A stretch of DNA of 64,000 nucleotides from Myxococcota bacterium (GCA_040386535.1 JAZKFH010000013.1:160001-224000), one strand, 5' to 3'; counted from the stretch's first letter, positions 20,500 through 29,601 are shown. Translations and numbers: made by a program. Notes: a model not told the origin generated them from the sequence alone.

Positions 20500-22032
20500 T
20501 CAGCTGTCGTACCAGTCGGGCGTGACGAGCTGCTGGTAGTGCTCGACGTTGAGCGGGTTGACGCGCTGCTTGAGCGCGCCGATCGCCATCTTGGCGCTCA
20601 CCAGGGTGAACCAGATGTACATGTCGCGCTTGTACGGCACCTTCGAGGTGAGCCCCTTCGCCATCCACCGCTTGTTCACGAACTCCTTGTTCATCTCGTA
20701 CAGGGACTGGGAGATCTCGTCCCGCGTCATGTACTTGGAGTCGAGCACGGGCGTGAGCCAGTCGAAGTCGTCGAACTGGGCCTCGGTGATCCAGCCCTTC
20801 GCGATGGCCTCGTCGTAGATGGGCGTTCCCGGCACGGGCGTGATGGGGTGGAACGCGGGGAAGTCGACGTCGATCTTCTTCGCGAGCGCCACCTGCTTGA
20901 GCATCGACTCCTTCGACTCGTCCTTCACGCCGACGATGAACGTCGCCTGGAGGAAGACCTCCGGGTACTTCGTCTTGAAGATGTTGAGCGCCTGCTCGGC
21001 CACGCCGCCCGCGTAGAAGCGCTTGTCCAGCAGCGCCAGCGTGTCGTCCTCCGCGCGCTCGACGCCGATGAGGATGTGCGAGAGGCCGGCGCGCACGAGC
21101 TTTTCGAGGATGCCCTTCTTCTCGTCGCGCACGATGCAGTCCGCGCGCATGAACGCGAACCACTTGGTCTTCATGCCGCTCTTGAGCATGCGGTCGGCGA
21201 ACTGGTCGTTGAAGCGGGGGTCGATGTTCCAGCTCTCGTCGACCCACACGTACGAGCGCTTGCCGTAGCGGTGGTAGAGCTCCTCGACCTCTTCGAACAC
21301 GCGGTCCACGCTCTTGGAGCGCCACCGGGGCGAGAGCTGGGCCTTGCCGTCGCTGTCGTACGTGCGGTCGGCCATCACGGTCCACCAGGCGCAGAAGCTG
21401 CACTTGCTGACGCAGCCGCGGCTGTGGTGGATGGTCGTGCCGCCCGGGGAGAAGAGGTAGCGGCTCTTCCCGTACAGGTGCATCGGCATCAGGTCGTACG
21501 CGGGCATCGGGATCGTGTCGAGGTTGTGGATGAGCTTGCGGGGCCGCGTCCGCACCATCTTCTCGCCGTCCCAGAACGCCAGCCCGTCGACCTTGGAGAG
21601 GTCCGGATCCTTCTCCGCCCACTCCTTGACCACCTCCACCACCGTCAGCTCGCCCTCGCCGATGCAGATGGCGTCGATGTCGGAGGTGGCGTGGCAGTAG
21701 CGGTGGGACAGGTTGGTGAAGTGGCCGCCGCCCGCCAGGGTCTTGCTGCGGGGGGAGACCTCCTTGCACAGCCGGAAGAAGCGCAACGCCTCGCTCGCGT
21801 AGAGGGCGTGGTTCTCACCGGACGCGATCACGTCGGGATCGATGCGCTTGATCTCGTCGGCGAGCGTGCGCCAGCCGATGTGGAGCGGCATGCAGTCGAT
21901 GACGTGCACGTCCATCCCCGCGTCCCGGAGGGGGGCCGCCAAGGCCGGGAGGGCCTGCTGGAGGAGGAAGTTGTCGCCCTCACTCGTGAAGGGCCAGTAC
22001 TTCCTGGGCGGCTGGACGATCAATACGCGCAT
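20500..22032 (-). CDS. Cobalamin-binding radical SAM protein
   Basis: PDVI, GGGHFT, IGEGE, SRGCVSKCSFC, IGVE and PVPGT. Confidence 0.92.
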   Translation of the reverse strand: MRVLIVQPPRKYWPFTSEGDNFLLQQALPALAAPLRDAGMDVHVIDCMPLHIGWRTLADEIKRIDPDVIASGENHALYASEALRFFRLCKEVSPRSKTLAGGGHFTNLSHRYCHATSDIDAICIGEGELTVVEVVKEWAEKDPDLSKVDGLAFWDGEKMVRTRPRKLIHNLDTIPMPAYDLMPMHLYGKSRYLFSPGGTTIHHSRGCVSKCSFCAWWTVMADRTYDSDGKAQLSPRWRSKSVDRVFEEVEELYHRYGKRSYVWVDESWNIDPRFNDQFADRMLKSGMKTKWFAFMRADCIVRDEKKGILEKLVRAGLSHILIGVERAEDDTLALLDKRFYAGGVAEQALNIFKTKYPEVFLQATFIVGVKDESKESMLKQVALAKKIDVDFPAFHPITPVPGTPIYDEAIAKGWITEAQFDDFDWLTPVLDSKYMTRDEISQSLYEMNKEFVNKRWMAKGLTSKVPYKRDMYIWFTLVSAKMAIGALKQRVNPLNVEHYQQLVTPDWYDS

Positions 22033-22128
22033 TGCGCACTGTAGCGTGCGCCCCTGCGAACCGCCTGTGAGCTGGCTCGCCGTCCGCTTGGTTGTCCCTA
22101 CGGTGGTGTGCGCCGCGGGGGGATGGCG

Positions 22129-23052
22129 TCACCGCGCCACCGCCATCCACGCCCGGTTCCACGGCGCCGTCATCGGGTGCGCGCGCAGGCGCTCCTCCCA
22201 GCGGAGCAGATCGGTCAACGACAGCGGGCCCGCCGCGTTTTCGAAGGCGCCGCAGGGGATGTAGTGCGTGGGGACCAGCTCCTCGAGCTGCCAGTCGGCG
22301 AGCGCCGCGACGAGGTCGGCGCGGTCGTAAGTGCGGACCCACTTGTCGCCCGGCACGTGGACCACACCGTCGCCCAACAGGGCCTCCAGGGTGCCCGGCG
22401 ACGCGTCGTAAGCAGAGGCCCAGCCCCAGCGCCCCTCGACCGAGCACAGGAGCGGCCCGCCGGGGGTGAGCACGCGGCGGATGTTCGCGAGGACGCGCGG
22501 GGCGTCCTCCACGTAGCAGAGGACCTCGGCGGCGATGACGACGTCGACGGGCGCGAGATCGGGGAGGGTCTCGCCGGTGGCCCAGTGGACGTCGAGCTTT
22601 CCGGGGCGTCCGGCCGCGTGGCGGACGGCGGCGCGCAGGCTGCGCAGGTCGGGATCCACGAGCTCGACGCTGCAGCCGCGGTCCAGGCACCATTGGGTGA
22701 ACCGGCCGATCCCGCCCCCGAGATCGAGCACCCGGCATCCGCGGGGCACGTGGCGCTCCCAGCGCTCGGTGTACAGCGCGCGCTCCGCGCGCTTCTGGGC
22801 GAACATGGGGCTCGACGGCTTGAGAAAATCCATGTGCTCCGGGCTCTGCTCCCACGCTTGCGCGGCGCCGACGAGGTTCGCCAGGGGCGGCGTGGGCTCG
22901 GCGCCGCCGTCGTGGAGGGCGCGCAGCCGTGGGTCGGAGGGCACCAGATCGAACGCGAGGCCGCTCCAGGCGTGGAGCGCGTCGCAAGCGTAGGGCGGCC
23001 CCGGAGGGAGCGGGGGGCGCCCTGAGAAGCTGGTGGCCGCGCGCAGCGACAT
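22129..23052 (-). CDS. Class I SAM-dependent methyltransferase
   Basis: VLDLGGGIGRF motif I, VD, VLCYVED and RRVLTPGG; AAGGGGGA upstream of ATG 23052. Confidence 0.85.
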   Translation of the reverse strand: MSLRAATSFSGRPPLPPGPPYACDALHAWSGLAFDLVPSDPRLRALHDGGAEPTPPLANLVGAAQAWEQSPEHMDFLKPSSPMFAQKRAERALYTERWERHVPRGCRVLDLGGGIGRFTQWCLDRGCSVELVDPDLRSLRAAVRHAAGRPGKLDVHWATGETLPDLAPVDVVIAAEVLCYVEDAPRVLANIRRVLTPGGPLLCSVEGRWGWASAYDASPGTLEALLGDGVVHVPGDKWVRTYDRADLVAALADWQLEELVPTHYIPCGAFENAAGPLSLTDLLRWEERLRAHPMTAPWNRAWMAVAR

Positions 23053-23086
23053 GGACGATTCCCCCTTGGGCCAGAACGGCGGGCCC

Positions 23087-23136
23087 AAATGGCGCCCGAA
23101 AAATGGCGCCCGAAAAATGGCGCCCGAAAAATGGCG
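23087..23136. repeat. 14-bp tandem repeat (AAATGGCGCCCGAA) x3 plus a partial unit
   Basis: Units at 23087-23100, 23101-23114 and 23115-23128, partial unit at 23129-23136. Confidence 0.95.
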
Positions 23137-23159
23137 AGAGCCGCACGAGGCGGCTCTCG
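23126..23159 (-). terminator. Probable intrinsic terminator after the 15-aa ORF
   Basis: Perfect 10-bp stem CGAGAGCCGC (23135-23144) / GCGGCTCTCG (23150-23159) with a 5-nt loop, followed on the minus strand by CCATTTTT. Confidence 0.7.
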
Positions 23160-23177
23160 GCGTGAATCCGACGAAGC

Positions 23178-23225
23178 TTAAGCCTTGGGGCCCGGCTTCG
23201 GACGGGGAGAGGGGCGCCAGTTCAT
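23178..23225 (-). CDS. Small ORF encoding the 15-aa peptide MNWRPSPRPKPGPKA
   Basis: ATG AAC TGG CGC CCC TCT CCC CGT CCG AAG CCG GGC CCC AAG GCT TAA; GGAGG 5 nt upstream; flanked by a promoter-like element and a terminator-like hairpin. Confidence 0.7.
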   Translation of the reverse strand: MNWRPSPRPKPGPKA

Positions 23226-23230
23226 AGAGA

Positions 23231-23284
23231 CCTCCAGAAGGGGTAGAGCATGTCTATCTTGGGCGGGGGGCCGCCACCTGTCAA
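23231..23284 (-). promoter_or_regulatory. Sigma70-type promoter and RBS for the small ORF
   Basis: Minus strand: TTGACA (23284-23279), 17-nt spacer, CAAGAT (23261-23256), then GGAGG (23235-23231). Confidence 0.65.
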
Positions 23285-23377
23285 GGGGAGAAACGGCGGT
23301 CCTGTTTGTCAGGTGCATGTCATTGATCGAGGGGGCGGTTCTGCTGTACCCTCGAGACGCCGACCACGGAGTCCTCC

Positions 23378-24652
23378 ATGCGCGTCTCTCCTCGTTTGTT
23401 GCTCGCTTCCCTGTTGCTCACGGGGTGTCATGACGGGCACGACGACAAGGACAGCGAGGAGACCGGCGGCTCGCTCGACTCCGGAGACGTCGACACGGGG
23501 CCGTCCGACCGCGCGGTCGGCGCCATCAACGGGACCGTGTCCGTGCAGCTGTACGTCGAGGGCGAGGAGGAGTCGATCGAGGAGGTGACCTGGGCGGACA
23601 CCTACGGGGATCAGTTCCCCTTCGGCGCCATCTTCGTCGCGGCCTACACCGTCGACGAGACGACGAACGCCACGACCTACTTCGACGAGTTCGTCATCAC
23701 GGCGCCGAGCACCACAGGGGACGCCTACTCCCTCGAGATCGACCCGGACGACACCGAGACGGTCTACATCTACGCCGCGCTCGACTGGTGGCCCGACGGG
23801 GTCATCGGCACCACGGAGCCCATCGGCCTCTACGGAGACCTGGTGGCCGTGGTCGACGGCGGCGCCACCAACGATGTCGACATCGTCATCAACGCGCCGC
23901 TCCTCCCGACGGGCGGCGGCGGCGGCGGCACGTACATCACGCTCGACGGGGACGTGACGATCGACCAGGCCTACGGCGGCGGCGACGGCAAGGTGATGCT
24001 GTACGACACCTCGGGCAACGGCCCCTCCTACGTCACCCCGTTCACGCCCACGGCCACCGCTGACGGGGCCACGGCGAGCTTCTCCCTGGCGGTCGCCGCG
24101 GACATCGGCGAGCAGCGCCTCCTCGGCGCCTGGGACAACGACCAGAACGGCCTCATCGAGCCGACGGACCTCTGGGGAGCGTACGTCGTCACGGGGGAGA
24201 ACGCGAACCCCATCACCGTCGGGAGCGAGAGCGCCGCGGGCTTCACCGTCCTCATCCCGTACGGCCTCCCGCCCGCGCTGAGCCCGTTCGTGCGGCTCGA
24301 GGGCGTGGCCGGCTACGAGGCCGGCTACGAGACCCTCCCCGCCGGCGCCGTCGTCTACGTCGCGGCCCTGCGCACCCGCCCGTCCGGCGACTTCGGCGTG
24401 GCCGATCTCGGGCGCGCCTACGACTGGCAGAGCTTCACCGGCGCGGACCTCACCGGCCAGACGCTCGACTACGTGCTCGTCACGCCGTCGAGCGCCGTCG
24501 CCTACGTGTGGGGCTACGTCGACCTCGACGGGGACGGCTCGCTCAACGAGGCCGGCGAGCCCGTCGCGAGCGTCGGGCGCAGCGGCCGCGTCGCGACCGG
24601 CACGACCAACACGAGCGACCTGAACATGTTGTTCACGGCGCCGACCGACTGA
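23378..24652 (+). CDS. Lipoprotein with three repeated beta-rich modules
   Basis: LLLTGC lipobox, GGAG RBS, and three segments of the A..D.D.NG...E/D..G type. Confidence 0.8.
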   Translation: MRVSPRLLLASLLLTGCHDGHDDKDSEETGGSLDSGDVDTGPSDRAVGAINGTVSVQLYVEGEEESIEEVTWADTYGDQFPFGAIFVAAYTVDETTNATTYFDEFVITAPSTTGDAYSLEIDPDDTETVYIYAALDWWPDGVIGTTEPIGLYGDLVAVVDGGATNDVDIVINAPLLPTGGGGGGTYITLDGDVTIDQAYGGGDGKVMLYDTSGNGPSYVTPFTPTATADGATASFSLAVAADIGEQRLLGAWDNDQNGLIEPTDLWGAYVVTGENANPITVGSESAAGFTVLIPYGLPPALSPFVRLEGVAGYEAGYETLPAGAVVYVAALRTRPSGDFGVADLGRAYDWQSFTGADLTGQTLDYVLVTPSSAVAYVWGYVDLDGDGSLNEAGEPVASVGRSGRVATGTTNTSDLNMLFTAPTD

Positions 24653-24667
24653 CCGAAGGACGGCGGT

Positions 24668-25504
24668 TCAGCCGGCCGCCGCCTCGTTGATCCGCCGGAG
24701 CAGCGCGAGGTGGAGCGCGTGCCCGGCGCGGTACGCCGTGAAGCGGCCCCGCAGCGCCATCCCGAGCAGCGCAGCGTCGCCCACAGCGTCGAGCGCCTTG
24801 TGGCGGACGGCCTCGTCGGCGGCGCGGAGGCCCTCGGGGTTCATGATGCCGGCGTCGTCGTAGACCACGGTGTTCTCGAGCGACACGCCGCGCGCGATGC
24901 CGAGCGCGCGCAGGGGTTCGGCGTCGCGGAAGAAGCCGAAGGTGCGGGCCCACGCGAGCTCGGTGAAGAAGGGCTGCCCGGTGGCGGCCCCCGTGTACCG
25001 CTGTGTGCCGATGTTCGGGTGGTCGAAGGTGATGGTCAGGTCGAGCTCGAAGCGGCCGCCCGGCTCCGAGCGGTCCCCGGGCTCGAAGCGGGCCCAGGCG
25101 TCGTCCGCGCGGACCTCGACCGGCTCGCGCAACACGAGCACGCGGCGCGCGACCCCCTGCGGAACGAGCCCCGCCTGCCGGACCGCGGCGCACCAAAGCC
25201 GCGCGGAGCCGTCGAGCGCGGGGAGCTCGTCGCCTTCGACATGGATGATCACGTTGTCCACCCCGGCGGCGTAGAGCGCGGCGCAGAGGTGCTCGACCAG
25301 CGAGACGCGGGCCCCGGCCCGGCCGAGCGTGGTGGCGAGGCGCGTGTCGACCACGTGTTCGACTGTCGCCGGGATCGGCACACCCCCCACGACGAAGACG
25401 CGACCGGTGTTCGCCGGGGCGGGGCGCACGTCCACGGCGGCCGGGCGCCCTCCGCGGAGCCCGACACCCGCCACGCGGAAGGGGCGGCCGAGGGTGTGTT
25501 GCAT
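24668..25504 (-). CDS. lpxC: UDP-3-O-acyl-N-acetylglucosamine deacetylase
   Basis: MQHTL, VEHL, ELPALDGSA, ARTFGF, RHKALDAVGD and GHALH. Confidence 0.92.
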   Translation of the reverse strand: MQHTLGRPFRVAGVGLRGGRPAAVDVRPAPANTGRVFVVGGVPIPATVEHVVDTRLATTLGRAGARVSLVEHLCAALYAAGVDNVIIHVEGDELPALDGSARLWCAAVRQAGLVPQGVARRVLVLREPVEVRADDAWARFEPGDRSEPGGRFELDLTITFDHPNIGTQRYTGAATGQPFFTELAWARTFGFFRDAEPLRALGIARGVSLENTVVYDDAGIMNPEGLRAADEAVRHKALDAVGDAALLGMALRGRFTAYRAGHALHLALLRRINEAAAG

Positions 25505-25509
25505 CAACC

Positions 25510-25929
25510 CTACCGGGCCGACGGCTTCGGAAGCCCGGTGATCGTGTCGCCCACGGTGACGTCGTGCTTCGTGAACCACCCCTGGTTCATCTCGAGCGCG
25601 TAGGTCGCGGGCTTGACCGAGGGCACCGAGGTGGTGTCGAGGGGCGTCATGTCTGCAAGATGCACGATGATTCCCGCGCTGTCGACATACGCGATGGTGA
25701 GGGGCACGCGCGTGTCCTTCATCCAGAAGCTGCGGGGCTCGGCGCCGGGGTACACGAACAACATCCCGCGGTCGGCCGGCAACGAATCGCGGTACATCAA
25801 CCCGAGGTTCCGCTCGACCGGCTCGTCCGCGACCTCGGCGATCACCGGGTGCCCGTCGACCACCAGCGGGATCTCGCCGGCCTTGGCGCCGTCGCAAGCG
25901 AGGAGGAACAGCAAGCAACAGCGGATCAT
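25510..25929 (-). CDS. DUF192 domain protein
   Basis: EVAD..ER..GLMYR, GMLFVY, FWMKDT..PL and ALEMN.G; ATGA overlap with the ruvB stop. Confidence 0.88.
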   Translation of the reverse strand: MIRCCLLFLLACDGAKAGEIPLVVDGHPVIAEVADEPVERNLGLMYRDSLPADRGMLFVYPGAEPRSFWMKDTRVPLTIAYVDSAGIIVHLADMTPLDTTSVPSVKPATYALEMNQGWFTKHDVTVGDTITGLPKPSAR

Positions 25930-26933
25930 CGGAACAACCCCCCCTTGGGCGGCGGGGGCTCGACGCCCACCACCTTCCAGCCGCCCGACGTGAGCATGCG
26001 GCCCTGGGGCGTACGCTGGAGGAGCCCCTCGCGGATGAGGAAGGGCTCGTAGACCTCCTCGATCGTGTCGGTCTCCTCCCCGATGGCGGCCGAGAGGTTG
26101 GAGAGGCCGACGGGCCCGCCGTCGAACTTCAGCGCGATGACCTCGAGGATGCGACGGTCCATCGCGTCGAGCCCGCGGGCGTCGACCTCGAGCCGCTCCA
26201 GCGCGCGCCGGGTGAGCGTCACGTCGATGCGGCCGCCGGTCTCCACCTGGGCGAAGTCGCGGATGCGCCGGAGGAGGCGATTGGCGATGCGCGGCGTGCC
26301 CCGGCACCGGCCGGCGAGCTCGTCGGCGGCGGCGTCGTCGATGTCGAGCGCGAGCCGCTCGGCGCTGCGGAGGAGGATCTTCTTGAGCTCGGCGGCCGAG
26401 TAGAAGTCGAGCGCGCAGTGGATGCCGAAGCGGGCCCGAAGGGGTGCGGTGAGCATTCCCGAGCGGGTGGTGGCGCCGACCAGCGTGAACCGCTGCAACG
26501 GGAGGCGGACCGACTGCGCGCCGGGCCCCTGCCCGAGGATCAGATCGATCTGGAAGTCCTCCATGGCCGGGTAGAGGATCTCCTCGACCGCCCGGTTCAT
26601 GCGGTGGATCTCGTCGATGAACAGCACCTCGCGGGGTCCGAGCCCGTTGAGGATCGCGGCCAGATCGCCGCCGCGCTCGAGCGTGGGCCCCGACGCCATG
26701 CGCAGCTCGACGCCGAGCTCCTCGGCGAGGATGTGCGCGAGCGAGGTCTTCCCGAGGCCCGGCGGCCCGGAGAGCAGCACGTGATCGAGGGCCTCGCCGC
26801 GCTGGAGGGCCGCGCGGATGTAGACGCGCAGGTTGTCCTTGATGCGGTCCTGCCCGACGTAGTCGTCCAGGCGCACGGGGCGCAGCGCGGGATCGAGCGG
26901 CTCGGCCTCGGCGGGATCGACGAAGCGGGTCAT
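25926..26933 (-). CDS. ruvB: Holliday junction branch migration helicase RuvB
   Basis: [42 protein letters not shown] and EPFL. Confidence 0.97.
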   Translation of the reverse strand: MTRFVDPAEAEPLDPALRPVRLDDYVGQDRIKDNLRVYIRAALQRGEALDHVLLSGPPGLGKTSLAHILAEELGVELRMASGPTLERGGDLAAILNGLGPREVLFIDEIHRMNRAVEEILYPAMEDFQIDLILGQGPGAQSVRLPLQRFTLVGATTRSGMLTAPLRARFGIHCALDFYSAAELKKILLRSAERLALDIDDAAADELAGRCRGTPRIANRLLRRIRDFAQVETGGRIDVTLTRRALERLEVDARGLDAMDRRILEVIALKFDGGPVGLSNLSAAIGEETDTIEEVYEPFLIREGLLQRTPQGRMLTSGGWKVVGVEPPPPKGGLFR

Positions 26934-27529
26934 GCGCGGCCGCCGGCGGCGAACATCCGCAGGGACTCGGCGAGCCGGTCATTGAGCGGCGCGGCCGTGA
27001 GCCCGCGGTCGGAGAGCCGGGCGAGCGCCTGGTCGATCTCGGATTTTTTGTACCCGAGCTGCGCGAGTGCGAGGGGGAGAGGATCGTCGGGCGCGGCGCG
27101 TGGCGCCGAGGTGGGGATCGCGGCCGCGGCGCCCGAGAGCTTGCCCTTGAGCTCGAGCACCATGCGCTCGGCGGTCTTCTTCCCGACGCCGGGGATGCCG
27201 CACAAGGCCTTGAGATCGTTGCCGTTCACCGCGGTGGCCAGCGCGTCGACCGCGAGGGTGGAGAGCGCGTTGAGCGCGGTGCGCGCGCCCACGCCCTGCA
27301 CCGTGTTGAGCTGCAGGAACGCCACCTTCTCCGACGCGGAGGCGAACCCGTAGAGGGTCAGCGCGTCCTCACGCAGGGCGGTGTGGACGTGGAGGGTGAG
27401 CTGGGCGTCGAGCCGCGCCGTGTCGGCGGTGCGGGTGGTGACGAACACCTCGTAGCCGACGCCGTTGACGTCGAGCACGAGGTGGTCGGGCGCGATCTCG
27501 ACCACATCACCACGCAGGCGGGCGATCAT
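26930..27529 (-). CDS. ruvA: Holliday junction branch migration protein RuvA
   Basis: [31 protein letters not shown] and AL.QLGY. Confidence 0.95.
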   Translation of the reverse strand: MIARLRGDVVEIAPDHLVLDVNGVGYEVFVTTRTADTARLDAQLTLHVHTALREDALTLYGFASASEKVAFLQLNTVQGVGARTALNALSTLAVDALATAVNGNDLKALCGIPGVGKKTAERMVLELKGKLSGAAAAIPTSAPRAAPDDPLPLALAQLGYKKSEIDQALARLSDRGLTAAPLNDRLAESLRMFAAGGRA

Positions 27530-28203
27530 TCGTCGACCTCTTCGGAGGGGGGAGGGGAAGCCGCAACGGGGCGGCGGGGGGCGAGGGCCTTCGGGACGGC
27601 CTTGGGGAGCGCGGCCTTCGGGAGCGCCTTCGCGAGCGCGGCCTTTGGGAGTGTGCCCCGAGCGGGAGCGGCGCGCGCGGGGACCCGTGCGAGCGCCGCC
27701 GCGGTGACCGCCGCGAGGCGCTCGGCCGCCGCGTGGCGATGGGCGTGGGCGTGATGGGTCATGGCGATGGCGACCGCGTCGACCGCGTCGTGCGGGCCTT
27801 CGACCGGTCCTCCCAACAACACGCCGACCATGCGCCCGACCGCCTCCTTGTCGGCGCGGCCGCTGCCCGCGACCGAGCTCTTGATGGTCATCGCGTTGTA
27901 TTCGAACACGGGGCGGCCCGACGCGGCGGCGGCGACCAGCGCGACCCCGCGCGCCTGCCCCAACACAAGCGCGCTGGTGGCGCTCTTGTGGGCGAAGATG
28001 GCCTCGATTGCGATAACGTCCGGCGCGTGTAGGAGGATGACCGCCGCGAGCCCCTGGTGGATGGCCAGGAGGCGCTGGGGCATGGCCGTGTCCGACTTCG
28101 TGTGGATCGCGCCGGCGGCCAGGAGCCGGTACCGGCCCTGCTCCCGGGTCACGACACCCCACCCGGTCGAGCGGCTGCCCGGGTCGATGCCGAGAACCTT
28201 CAT
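27526..28203 (-). CDS. ruvC: Crossover junction endodeoxyribonuclease RuvC with a C-terminal extension
   Basis: MKVLGIDPGS..TGWG, AIE.IF, LGQARG, G.G.A.K and D..DA.AIA. Confidence 0.95.
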   Translation of the reverse strand: MKVLGIDPGSRSTGWGVVTREQGRYRLLAAGAIHTKSDTAMPQRLLAIHQGLAAVILLHAPDVIAIEAIFAHKSATSALVLGQARGVALVAAAASGRPVFEYNAMTIKSSVAGSGRADKEAVGRMVGVLLGGPVEGPHDAVDAVAIAMTHHAHAHRHAAAERLAAVTAAALARVPARAAPARGTLPKAALAKALPKAALPKAVPKALAPRRPVAASPPPSEEVDE

Positions 28204-28275
28204 GCAAACTCCACAGCCCGCGGTTTATCCGACGGCGCCTCGAAGCACCATGGGACGAGGTGCTACGATGCCGGC

Positions 28276-29541
28276 ATGCTCGCTACCTGGTTGCTCACCA
28301 ACGTCGCATTCGCGGCCGTGCCGGAGATGGTCGTGGTGGGGGGGCACCTGCCCGGCGTCACCAAGAACGCGGCCGACGCCGCCGCGGTTCGGTTCGCCGA
28401 GGCGCTCGACGCCACGGGGAAGGTGGACGGCCTGACCCCCGACGAGGTGCGCGGGCGCCTCTCCGGTCGGCAGGGCCTCATCCTCGACGCGTTCGCGCTC
28501 GGCCCCGGCCGGGACGCGCTGCGCGAGGGGAAGATCCTCTACGACCGCGCCCAGCCCGACCAGGCGATCCCCGTGCTCGAGCAGGCCACGCGCCTGCTCG
28601 CCGCCGGGCTCGCGAGCAGCACCGACGTGAGCCACCTGCACGACGCGCTCACCCTGCTCGGCCTCGCCCAGGCCGGCCTGGGGGACGAGCCCGCCGCCCG
28701 CCTCTCGTTCCGGCGCTCCGTGACGCTCAACCCGTCGCGGCAGCTCGACGCCGTGAACTACCCGCCCCAGATCGTCGACCTCTACGCGCAGGTGCGCGCC
28801 GCGGCGGTCGCCGAGGCCCCGGCCTCGCTCACGGTGTCCGCCCCCCCGGACGCCAGGATGTGGGTGGACGGCCGCCAGACCCCCGCGGGTGACATGACCG
28901 TCGTGCCCGGCGAGCACTACGTGCTCATCCGCGGTGCCGACGGGAGCACCGCCTTCGAGACCTTCACGGTCGGGGCCGGCGAGAAGAAGGCGCTCGCGCC
29001 CGCCCTCTCTCCGCGGGCCGTCGGCGTCGCCGCCAACGACCCGGCGGGCCGCTCCCGCCAGACCCGCGACCTGTACCGGAGCATCGGCCAGTACGCCGAT
29101 CGCGCGCCGTTGCTGGTCGTCGGCGTGACCCCCGGCAACCAGGTGGCGCTCCAGATCTACTCGCCGGTGTCCGGCAACTTCTCGCGCGCGCTCACGGCCG
29201 AGGCCGGCAACGACCCGGTGTCGGCGCTCCTCGATCTCGTTCCCGCGGCGGTCGGCTTCCTCTCCGACAGCGGCGACATCAAGAGCGACCGCGTGAGCCC
29301 GCAGGTCATCGCGCTCGACGTGTCGTCCAACGCCGTCCTGGACCAGCTGCTGTTCGACGAAGCGCGCGCTGCGGCGCCGACCGCCGCGGCAGGCCCCGAG
29401 CGCAAGGGGGCCCCGTGGTACCTCTGGGCCGGGCTGGGTGCCCTGGCGGCGGGCGGCGGCGCCACCGCGGCGATCCTCGTGGCGAACGGCGGCGACGAGA
29501 CGACGGGGAACGGCACGATCACGTTCGGGCCGATCCCGTAG
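28276..29541 (+). CDS. Secreted or membrane-anchored protein with helical (TPR-like) and PEGA-like segments
   Basis: Signal-like N-terminus, SAPPDARMWVDG..PGEH PEGA-like motif, C-terminal PWYLW transmembrane segment. Confidence 0.7.
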   Translation: MLATWLLTNVAFAAVPEMVVVGGHLPGVTKNAADAAAVRFAEALDATGKVDGLTPDEVRGRLSGRQGLILDAFALGPGRDALREGKILYDRAQPDQAIPVLEQATRLLAAGLASSTDVSHLHDALTLLGLAQAGLGDEPAARLSFRRSVTLNPSRQLDAVNYPPQIVDLYAQVRAAAVAEAPASLTVSAPPDARMWVDGRQTPAGDMTVVPGEHYVLIRGADGSTAFETFTVGAGEKKALAPALSPRAVGVAANDPAGRSRQTRDLYRSIGQYADRAPLLVVGVTPGNQVALQIYSPVSGNFSRALTAEAGNDPVSALLDLVPAAVGFLSDSGDIKSDRVSPQVIALDVSSNAVLDQLLFDEARAAAPTAAAGPERKGAPWYLWAGLGALAAGGGATAAILVANGGDETTGNGTITFGPIP

Positions 29542-29601
29542 AGCGGCGCGGTCCCGGTCGCTGCGGAGTCCGCTCCCGCCCGGGGGAGCGGCGCGCGCGG
29601 C

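Noticed and set aside
23087..23136. Short repeats as a possible CRISPR array
   Set aside because: The 14-bp units are directly adjacent with no spacers, and no cas genes are present.
23137..23340. Intergenic region as a structured ncRNA (6S, SRP, tmRNA or riboswitch)
   Set aside because: I recognised no diagnostic motifs. The promoter-RBS-ORF-terminator reading explains it better, though an Rfam search was not possible.
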